Part shown: piece by piece, positions 26,109 to 36,800 of the stretch
Layout of the letters: the number at the start of each line of letters is the position of its first letter
Position numbering within the stretch: position 1 is the stretch's first letter
NCBI GenBank assembly: GCA_965649765.1
Contig: OZ287748.1
Location: 86,800,001 to 86,864,000 of the forward strand
Origin: Bispira polyomma
Lineage: Eukaryota
DNA length: 64,000 nt
Direction of reading: 5' to 3'
Program-made: the position numbers and the translations under genes
The notes under the pieces: generated by a model
The model's database searches: none
Seen by the model: the letters and a program-made list of their open reading frames with translations, nothing else
What the model was told of the DNA's origin: nothing

Positions 26109-27432
26109 AATCTAATCTAATTTAATTCTTATAGCTCTTATCTCTGTGCTAGCAGATTCTAAGGTGCAGGCATCATTGAGAACAGTGGCAGTGTGGATGA
26201 AAAAATATTGCATATTTCATAGACTTCCAAGTTGTACAAGGCTAATTTTCAACTATACAAAACATATATAGAGAAAGAAAGCATACTTTAGAAATTGAAA
26301 AAAAAGCATTTATATTTGGATAGATGGGGGCTGAAATAAGTAGGTAATCCAGAATGTAGAAATTTGTATAAAATTGTTGCCGTTTTGAAATCAACACGAT
26401 ATTTTATCGGGAGCCAGTGCAGTGACTTGAGTACAGGAGTAATGTGAGAAAATTTAGAATTTTTGGCCACAATTCGAGCCAGTGAGTGTTGAACATTCTG
26501 AAGGTGTCTGATTTCACTATGAGATAAGGAACGGAACAGAGAGTTGCAGTAATTAAGCCTACTGATGACCAAGGCATTGGCAACAGTGATTGCAGTGGAT
26601 TTGGTGAAAAAAAAAAAAATAGTACATTTGTTATAGCGCATTTATAGAACACAGGGTCCTTTTAAATGTGCTTTCTCATGGGCAGCCACTATGGGCGTCG
26701 AGGTGCTTGAGGATGACCATTTATCAACGTCCCCAAGGATCTTTAATCTGCCACGCGAGATATTACTCAGCGACAGAGGACCGCCATTCTAAGTGGTCAT
26801 CTGAGTCACTAGGAAAACTTGTGTTCACATCTTGCCTAAGGATGCTATCCCACCAAATGAAACTAGCGGCCGGAACTTGAACCAGGGACCTTCTGATCAT
26901 CAGACCAACACCCTAACCAATAGGGTTAATGTTGAATCCACCTGAAATCACGGAGGCCAACAAAACATAATCTACACACGGATGCAACATGGTTGGAGAA
27001 GGAGAATTTGGAGTTCGAGCAACACGCTCAGGTTGCATACTTTGTCAACTGGAAAAAGCCTGTTGCCAAGAATATCAACTGGGAAACAGCTGGACAGTTT
27101 TTTGAGTTGCAACATGAAGCTAAATAAAATAAACTTAGTCTTATCAGGGTTGAGCTTGAGTTTATTTGCTGACATCCAGTGTTGTACATCGACAAGGCAG
27201 TTCTGTAAGGAGGTGAATGCTGTCTGGGCAGAATCAGGTGTAAGGTGGTTTTCAGTTGGGTATCATCAGCAACGAAGTGAAAACTTATGTTTTTGTATGC
27301 AGCAATGATCTTGCTGAGGGGAGTGGTGTACATGGAAAACAATATAGGATCCAGGACTGAACCCTGGGGAACAACAAATTTTAACCATGCAGGGTCGGAT
27401 AGGACGATGCCAATTTTGACCGATTGGAATTT
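26109..27432 (-). mobile_element. decayed L2/CR1 LINE (RT fragment), interrupted by a SINE
   Basis: ORF pieces VPQGSVLDPILFSMYT...ADDTQL, NKLKLNPDKT, SRLNYCNSL, HITPVLKSLHWLPIKYRVDFK; (atcta)n tail remnant at ~26109-26125. Confidence 0.9.
26607..26925 (-). mobile_element. tRNA-derived SINE (family A head + CORE-like + Deu/Nin-like block + L2-like tail), nested in the LINE
   Basis: Reverse strand: tggttagggtgttggtctgatgatcagaaggtccctggttcaagttcc head; ccttaggcaagatg; tail gcgctataacaaatgtactattt resembles the local L2 tail. Confidence 0.8.
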
Positions 27433-28039
27433 TTTACTTCTGTTTTGTACAGATTCAGTGTAAATTATTTTGAAAAAAATCAAGGCCTGAATATAAGTAT
27501 TACAACCAATTCTTCTCAGCTGTATCTTCATGAAAAATTTCTAACCAATACAGAGCGTTCTAAACTGAACTTTCCGGGTCAACATATGCAACTGAGATTT
27601 GTTTTCGAAAAGGACATTCTTGTACCGTACTCATTTCCGGTTATGGTAGTATTGCTTTGGTTGTAAATTTTGAGTACTATAACTCCTGTATTGTGTGTTT
27701 CCTCTGGCTGAAAAGTAAGAACTATAAACCACTACGGGTGATATATTTCTTTTAGGTATGTAGCCCCTGAGTAACACAGTTTTCTTTCATTTTAAGGCGT
27801 TAAATGTGGGCGATAATACAACATAAAAGCGAACGACTGGTTAGCCAGTCAAATTTCGCCACCCAGCCTCACATCATTGTTGACTCATCTACATAGTTTT
27901 GTATGCAAAACAAACCTTCACATATACCACTTGAATTGCTGATGGTTAACAAATAACTATAATTAACTTTTCTGTTGCCACAACAAATATGGCGATAATT
28001 TAAATAAGTCCGAAAAGGCTATTGTAGGCTAGCAGGAAA

Positions 28040-28854
28040 TACATAGAACTTGCAAACACAGAAACTTGCGACCATCAACTTGCACCTGAAACACGCAAAC
28101 ACTAATAAAACTTTTAGTTGGTAAGTTTGTTTTTTTTTAAGTTATCTTCTTATTGGTGACCCATATCACGTTTTTTAATCTTAGTTAGATGTTAAATTAT
28201 TGTCTGTAAACAAACAAATGCTTTCCTAATGTTCGATTTATTAAAGTAAACTAGTATCAGTTTATTTAAAACCTTAATTATGGAATAATAACCTGAAAAA
28301 CAATTGAAACCACAAGTGTTAATTATTTGCTTAATAGGCCGAAAAACGGTCAGCCTTTATGCGTACATGTACTAATGCATGTATGTGTATTGTATATGTG
28401 AGTTGAAATGTTAATAAATTTCATCACTTTTTAATGAAGTTTTATCAAATCTGCGGGACTTGTTGTTAATCAAGTCTGTGGCTGATGTATACGTAAGTAA
28501 GTGATAATGAAGTGATTTTATACAAATTAGGCAATGTGTCATCATAGAGAACACAGAGAAGTACCAATTTCCATATTTAACTATCTCTGACCTTTGACTC
28601 TACAAGAACAGTAAATGTTGTGTTCCATTTTATAAAATGATTAAAAGTTCATTAAATATTACCTTGTATGTATTATAAAATTTAATCGTATATTCCTTTA
28701 TATCTTCTTTAATAAATATCCCTTAATTCCTTTAATGTCTTCTATTTGCACTTATTTCGCATATCAGTGTTCTAATTGTATATCATAAAATAGACATGTT
28801 TTATGTGGGTGCGAGTTGCTGGTCGCGACTTCCTGTGGTTGCGAGTCGCATGTA
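28040..28854. mobile_element. non-autonomous TIR DNA transposon (~815 bp)
   Basis: The left end acttgcaaacacagaaacttgcgaccatcaacttgcacc is the CpG-decayed reverse complement of the right end ggtgcgagttgctggtcgcgacttcctgtggttgcgagt. Confidence 0.7.
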
Positions 28855-30479
28855 AATCGCTAACAGTTATGTCACCCTGAATAATTATGAAGTGTTTAGG
28901 AATTGGATCCCTGAATTCTAACAAGTTAAATGTTATCATTGGGGTCGTCGAACATATCTTACTTGCTTATTGACATAATGAGTGCATGATGGACGATGTA
29001 ACAATATTTTACCCACAACTCTTTAAGGAATTGCTAAACTATTTGATACATGTAAAATATTTATGAAAGCAAATATGTGTACATTTAAGGTAACATTTGA
29101 CTGCATGTTGATCATTTTATAAATGGAACACATCATTGACGGTTATTCCTGAGGATGCGACCGAGAACTCAACACTCGCTGTATGAGCCCATTTTTGCAA
29201 GGAATCGAGTCCATTTTGCCCACTCGACTACTCCCTATTATAACGGATTATCGCTCACGATATATAAAAGATACATAAAATATTAACATTTGCTCATTTC
29301 GGCCTGGTTAAAACAAATAATACTTTAGATTTGGTCAAATAATCTACACGGGTGGTTACGAAGATAAACACTATTGTGCGTATTTCAATTGACAGGGTTA
29401 ATACAGTCTAGGTTAACAAAGAATTAAATATGCATTATATAGACCTAGACCAAGTTCTCTGTCGCCGAAACAGCCATTTTTTTCTGATTTGCGGCTGTTG
29501 GCGACAGAGTTGCTTACTATAGCAAATCATTGTAAATGTGAAATGGCATACTTAGGCATACACTTCATTTGTTTTATATACATGAAGTTTTTACTTCAAT
29601 AAAGCTTATTAGCCGTTCACCATTTTTATTTAGAAAACGTCATGAGATGTATATTTATTTGTCAATTTGTCTATTTCCGGTATTTTGTACACCATTTTAG
29701 TTTTGTAGAATCCATCACGTAACCGTCATATATGTCAAGGACATGTGTAGTGTTGCTTGTTTTACTTACGTGGATTAAATTATTGCTGATTCTAATTAAA
29801 GTTGGTTATAATAATTAAAAATATATCATTGGGGATCGTTTGTATTGAAAAAACTTTTACGGATCTTATTCTGTAAAATTATTTCATTTGAAAAACCCCC
29901 TAGGAATCCCACAGGAAGAGATAATGTGCGCATGCGCCAACAGGTTCTCGCTAGCAAACATGGAGGATAAATTTTCAGAAAGCTTTAATATATCTTGTAT
30001 GAATTAAAATATTGATGATCGGCATTTAATAAAGGTTGTTATACAAAATATAACTAATTATCTTCAGTTGCATAATTTTTTTACTAGCCGATTCCTTATT
30101 TTAGGGTGTCATTTCTTACGTTTTTGTTGCCGTTACACATTTACAATGATTTGCTATAGTAAGGAACTCTGTCCCTAGACGAGCGTACAACAGTAAATAA
30201 AAGCATCGTCGAGGACAGAAAACTCGGTCTATATATAGATCATACGTCTTTGTAGTATTCTGCTGAATATCACTCGAATATATTAAACAGTTTTTAAATA
30301 ATTCTAAAAAGAAACATTTTTTCAAGAAATCCAACTGGTCACAAAGATAAACACTGCAAAGACTAGGCCCATGTTACAGATTTGGAGAGCTGTGATTGGC
30401 TAAGCCTTTGCTACAATAAACAGCACAATAATTTTTCAGGGTTGTAGGGTAATATTTTATTCTGTAAAAAGTCCCAGAA

Positions 30480-31845
30480 CAGTGTGTGAACTTTGTGAAA
30501 AAAGTGTGGTGGCCCTTTGGGCCACCAGATTTTATAGCTTGGTGGCCCGGATTAGAATCAGGTGGCCCAATACTTGAAAATGAAAAATTAAGCTATAAAA
30601 TGTTGTTTTTTTAGAGTACGACTTAAAATTTTTAATGCATAATAAAATATATATTGTGTAATTTCAAAAATAATTTGCTAAAAGATTTATCAGCCCCTTG
30701 GCAAGAGGGGTTGAGTTGACTGTGAAACACTGAATTTAAAATTTAATAATTAAGCAAGCCCAGTTATTTAACCCCAAAGTGAGGGCCACGGGATGGGCCA
30801 AAAATATATTTATTTATTTATATACATTGTATATTTTTTCTGAATGAGGGGGCCAGAGGGGTCGAGGTGACTGTGAAACACTGAATTTGCACTGAATTCG
30901 AAATTTAAAAAATAAGCAAGCCCAATTATTTATCCCTGAAAAGAGGCCACAAGATGGGCCGAAAATATATTTATATTTTTATTTCAAGTAAGGGGGCCAG
31001 AGGGGTCGAGTTGACTGTGAGACACTAAATTTGCACTGAATTAAAATTTAAATCAAAGCAAGCCCAGTTATTTAACCCCAAAGAGAAGGCCACAAGAATC
31101 AAGATGGGCCAAAAATTTATTTATTTATATGTTTATTTTGAATAAGGAGGCCAGATGGGGCGAGTTGACTGTGAAACACTGAATTTGCACTGAATTCGAA
31201 ATTTTAAATTAAAGCAAGCCCAGTTTTTTAACCCCCAAAGAAAGGGCCACAAGATGGGCCGAAAATTCATCAGCCCCTCTTATTTATTTCGAATGAGGGG
31301 GCAAGAGGGGTCGAGTTGACTGTAAAACACTGAATTTGGACTGAATTCGAAATTTAAAATTAAAGCAAGTCCAGTTTTTTAACCCCAAAGAAAGGGCCAC
31401 AGGATGGGGTAAAAAATTCAAAAATTAAAGCACTAGCAAAGACAACGCTAGTCGGTTAGCGGTGAGAGCACTGGGCGATAATAGATGAATTTAGTAAAAT
31501 ATGCGTAAAATTCGCTTTTAATTAGAAAGTATACAGATCACATACAAAACTACTTACAAATATATAAAATCTTCATTTTATTTAACAATAAGAAGAGTTC
31601 TCATCCATATCCTTGCTTTTCAATAAAATTAAAAAGTTTCACGGTAAAGTTTTGTCTGCGCATGCGTGCTGAAGAAAAATGGAACAGTCTGGTACCCAAA
31701 TTATACTGTTAGCGTGTGTAGCAAAAAAAAAGTCGAAGCCCCGGAAACAAGGTGGCCAAGCGGGCCACCGGAATTTGAAAGGAAGTGTCCCTTCCCATAA
31801 AGTGGTGGCACCGGGCCACAGGGCCACCGGGAATTTTGCACACTG
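30480..31845. mobile_element. non-autonomous hAT element with an internal tandem array
   Basis: CAGTGTG...CACACTG termini; perfect 8-bp TSD TCCCAGAA (30472-30479 and 31846-31853); subterminal ggtggccc/gggccacc repeats. Confidence 0.9.
30697..31420. repeat. 5 tandem copies of a ~150-bp unit inside the hAT element
   Basis: gggggccagaggggtcgagttgactgtgaaacactgaatttgcactgaattcgaaa...gcaagcccag...gggccacaagatgggcc at about 30700, 30847, 30991, 31145 and 31297. Confidence 0.9.
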
Positions 31846-32179
31846 TCCCAGAAGGCCTAGTAATCTAGCTTCAGGAATATCTCATTTGAATATCTGTAAC
31901 ACCTATACTCACTGAGATATGAGCATTTAAACAAAAATCTCTACTCTAAAAACACCCATTTTAACAATTTGGGATATACAGTCCAACTTTAACAAATAAT
32001 ATCTTCATAACTTTTTACTTGAATTAAAATTCGTAAGAAGTATAACAAAGTACATAATAAGAGCTTTCTGGTAATACAACAACAAAAAATTTAGGTAAAA
32101 TATTTTTAAAGATACAGCCATTTAACCAATTGCAATTTTCGGGGAAAACATCTTAAAATAAATAACGTTTTGCACGAGT

Positions 32180-32450
32180 ATCGAATCCGCGGTCCTATCG
32201 AATCCACTGTCCATGACGATATTTAAAAATTGTTAATGATATATTATCACAGAAGAAGTGTTACTTTATCAAGATTTCAATTGTAAGTTATGTTTTTAAA
32301 CAAATTCTTCTTATGGCATGCCCGACACAAAGAGGTCAAGGTTCATTACCATTTTAGATTTTGGCTTGAACACATTTCCTGCAGATAAGTAATGTTATGA
32401 ATATTCTACGAACATTGTGTGTGTCATTGATAAAATAATGCATGGTAAGC
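32180..32450 (+). promoter_or_regulatory. candidate TMEM33 promoter / first exon ending ATG|GTAAGC (32444/32445)
   Basis: CpG-enriched non-repeat segment with a good donor; the downstream exon at 33668 has an acceptor that needs an upstream exon. AGGTCA-a-GGTTCA (DR1-like) at 32333-32345. Confidence 0.4.
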
Positions 32451-33688
32451 GCTATGTTAGTGTGTTTTGTGATTTAGTCTGTATTATGGTGTAGTTACGC
32501 CCATCCATATATGCAAACCGCTCATACCGTTTATCTTCGTGACCGTTTATCTTCATGACCACCCGTGTACATTTCATTCCATATTTTTAAATATGTTTTA
32601 AAATATCAGACGTTTTTCACCAAAACATCGCTACGGGAAATGGCCATATCTGTTTCTGTTTTTTCCAATTGGTAAATACTAAACCTCGCGAGTACCTTAT
32701 CTTGTTATGTCAGTGGGATTTACGATTGGCTTACTGATGTTGTTGCCGTTTGGAATATGTTTAGCATCAATAAAGCGCGTTAAAAATGTATAATAAAAAT
32801 AATTATCCCTCACAAGCTTCTCTTCTGAGATAATCTATCGAAGTTTTTGGTGTCTGCTATCTTTACACACATAGAAATTCAGTTATTTGTGTGTCACAGA
32901 AAGTGCTGTGTGCTTCCTTCATAAAATTTTCGGAACCTGATTTCTAACAATTTGCTTACAATTCAGAGACCCGACTTCTACCCAAAAAATTAGGATTGAG
33001 CACCCAAATCTCAAGCACTTGAGAATATTAATAATATTTTTTCATTATTAAAGATTAAATTGTCTATGCTATATCATGGCTAAGATTTTATTTCAAGAAA
33101 GTAGTTGAAAACATTGTCCCTTATATTTTGTATATATTAGAATAGACGCTGATTTGTACAATAAGCTGTAGTTTGGTATTTTTTGCTAGAAAGGGTATCT
33201 TTTGAGAATGTTTGCCCGCCAAATCAAAACCAAGTTACAAACTAAGTTTGTGTTAATGTAAAATCTTTTAAGTTGTACAAACGTTTGTGTTACATATTTA
33301 AACTGTTTGCTTTATCTGAAGAAATTGTTATACAAACTCAAAGACTGCTCTAATTTACACTGACCATCGCAAATGTAAAAAAAAGAAAATGAAATCCATT
33401 ATCTCAAGGCATTATTTGAAAATATATAAAATGTAGACAGTTGTCCTGATAAAATCAGATTCCTAAGGGTTAGTTAAAAGAAAAACTTAAATTTGGTACT
33501 ATCTTAGAATATATGTGTAAACTGTGGTACAACAGCAGTACAAAAAAAAGAATGCTTCATATGTTTTTCAACTGCACATGTCAGTTGGACAAAAATATAT
33601 ATACTCCATGCAAAAAGTCATTACTTACTGTGTAGTAAATTACTAAGTGTATTGTTGTTCTCATCAGGGATACAAGCAGAGAGAAATA

Positions 33689-33808
33689 ATGCCCACTGTT
33701 GAAGATATGGATGGTGCTGGAAGTAGTAGTGGTACCAATGAGCCTAATGAGGGCACATCGTCAGAAGTACCCCCACAACAACCACAGGGGGCTGTGGCAA
33801 AAATAGTT
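33689..33808 (+). CDS. TMEM33: TMEM33 coding exon 1 (exon acceptor at 33668)
   Basis: MPTVEDMDG...GAVAKIV; donor gtaagt at 33809; upstream acceptor tctcatcag. Confidence 0.8.
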
Positions 33809-36800
33809 GTAAGTTCAACCACCATGTGTAAGGGAAAGTTCTATATATCTAATCTAATCAATTTCGTGAAGGCACTTAATCTTCTGATTACAGTTGAACC
33901 CTGTTAAGTCAAACCTCAAGGTACCAGGAATAATACTTCTGCTTAAGCAGGATTTCCACTTAACAAGGTGAATTCAAAAGGAAAAGGCCTTCATGGGACT
34001 TCAAATTTATCTCCACATAACAGGGAAAATGACTTAACAGAGGTCTACTTAAAGGTGTTCGACTGTATTATATATGTTCTGACAGAATTTTGAATTCTAT
34101 CTGCAGATATAATATTTATAGTAAGCTAAATTATCAGGATTTTAATTTCTGTAACAACACGTATATAACTATAACATTGTGGTTATTCAATAGTTCATCA
34201 AATTGTTTTCAATTTATTCCTGGTCGCTAGATGTTCATATCTTTGTGTTAAAAATATCTTGCATTTAACTGGGTTTTTTTTTAAACACTAATTTACTAAA
34301 ACTGCTACAGTTAGGTTTATTCATTTATTTCTGTCATTAGAATATGAATATATTTATAACGATGAATATAAACAGAACAAGAGTTCCTAGCCAATATGGG
34401 CTTATCAGTGATAATTTAACAAATACTTGAAATACAGATTTAGCATGTAAACTATGTCAAGAGATTATAATGACAGTATAAAGAGCCATTTAAGGTGTGA
34501 AACTTTTTTAAAAGCATAAACAAAAATGTCATTAAACAGTCCTTTAAGTATCAATGTAAAATTGTTAAATCTAGGAAAGTAGCTTGTAAAAATTTACATT
34601 CAATTACAAATTTAATTGTAATTAGCTGGATTTCTCTTTCTACGTTTTATTATTTTTATACATTTAAACCTAGTAATAATGGCATAACTTGTTGTATTTA
34701 GAATCACATGAGCAGGAACAAAGTAGAAGCAGCTCTTTGGGCAACTCGACTGTTCACAGTTGGCTGTGTGTTTAATTTCTTCATTCCTATATGGGCGTAA
34801 GTAGTTAATTAGTTATTTATCAGTAAAATAGATCTGTCTTGCTTTTTTGTTTCTAAGATCAAAGATAACTTATAAAAAAGCTGGTTAAAATAAATCTGTA
34901 TAGTACATCAGCACCATTCATAATGTTCTTGTTGGTTAGTATGTATTCTGTTATCTTGTGAGTGTCTGTATTAATAAGCATCAAATACTTGCAAATTTAT
35001 GATTTTTTTTCTCACTTTCAGACTTGATGAAAAAAAATTGATCAGTACATATCATTTATGTTCTAAAGGGGAAAGGACCCAATGTAATTTAATAACAGGT
35101 TTTATTTCCTGGTTTGATAACTTTATTGATTTATCATTACACTTAACCCTGCAATGTAAGGGCACAAGTGCATCAGAAAGATATTATTTATGTCTTAAAG
35201 GGTATAGGACCCAATGTAATTTAATAACAGGTCTTATTTCCTGGTTTGATAACTTTATTCATTTAGCATTACACATAACCATGCAACGTAGGGACACAAG
35301 TGCTCCATTTTATGTTATTTTAGTCTAAGCATTTATATACTGTAGAATGGGTTGTTATCAGATGTGTAGTTGTGTGTTCGCATCTTGCCCAACCAAGTGT
35401 TGTATCCCTGAAAAGTCACTGTGGTTTTAACAAGAGTTAAACCAGGGACCCTCTGTTGACATTGTCAACTGCCTTAGCACTAGGCCCTGTGAGACCACAT
35501 GATTTTATGGGATACATATTACTGTACTACATGTATGTTCTATGTAGATTCGGTATCCAGAGTCTTATCTTTCTAATTATCAGCTAAGGGTTTCAGTGGT
35601 GTAGTGGTTACACACTCCCCTCCAATATTGGCAGTCTGCTTTTGATGAATGATCGGTTGTCAAAAGCAACATGGTACTAAAAATAAATCAAAAGTTACTC
35701 TTACAGAAGTCACTAAAACAAGTGCAAATTGTCATTAAATTGAGAGTTAAGTGGCATAGTAAAACTAACATTAGCCAGCTTGTTATCGCATATGTATACT
35801 AGCTTTAAGGTATAACCTGTAACATACCAGGAATTTTACTATGCTTTTGGGGTATATGGAAACAAAGGCAAAGCCAGATTATTTCCACAATTTCCAAGAG
35901 TGGTAAAAATTCCCCACATTTTTTTTAACCAATCAGAATCAGTGACACAAGCTTGTGATGTTAGAATGGAATATAGTAATCATTATTGTAGTGACCGTGG
36001 TGGTCTTGTGGTTAGAAGCGTTCCCTTCCCAATCACTGGTCTCTATCCAATGTGGGTTCGAATCCCATTCGTTCCTTCATGTGGAAAAGTTTTTCATGTA
36101 CTTTTCATAGGTCGGTGGGTTACACATTGGCTTCAGCACTGGTTTCTTCCACCCTTAAATCTGGCCATCACAATATGACCTAAGCTGTTGAAAGTGATGA
36201 AAACCCAAGTAAATTCAAATGATCATTTGTTGAAAGTGACGTCAAACTATTTCAGCTACCCAGCCAATGCTTACCACAAGGCTCTACTGAGTAATGCTGC
36301 CACCAGTGCACTACGTCTTCACCAGAGACTACCACAGTTCCAGTTCTCACGGGAGTTTCTTGGCAGGATGTTTTTAGAAGACAGTGCTCACTACCTGTTC
36401 TATTGCATTATATTTCTGACTGGATACCCACTCACAAGTATCCTTTTTTACAATCAATTTGAAATAGTTCTATTTTATGTGGATTTGTAACTAGGGTTCT
36501 TAATGTCTTGTATCATTGATACCTAGATGGTTCTTGCTTTTCACGGTCAGTACAGAGTCTTTGGATAAGTTGTGTGCACCATCTATTTATTTTAGTCCTA
36601 ACAAAGATGGCGTATACAAGGACAAAAGCTAAAGTAAAGCAGATTTACATTTGTAATATTTGGAATACTTTGTATTAGATATTGTTGGATTAGTCAATCG
36701 TCACTAATAGTGTTGGACCATCGGTCGTGATAGCCCAATTTATCAACGGTCCAAGCCACAACTTAAAAATTTAACTAGTCAGGATTTTTGGCATATAGCA

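Larger units (their letters stand above)
29800..31988. mobile_element. possible TTAA-targeting (Kolobok-like) non-autonomous element hosting the hAT insertion
   Basis: ttaa|AGTTGG ... CCAACT|ttaa ends, but the TIR match is only 6 bp; the interior is TE-like. Confidence 0.35.

Noticed and set aside
30697-31420. Regular repeat array that could suggest CRISPR
   Set aside because: Whole ~150-bp units are repeated with no unique spacers, inside a hAT element with a TSD, in a eukaryotic context.
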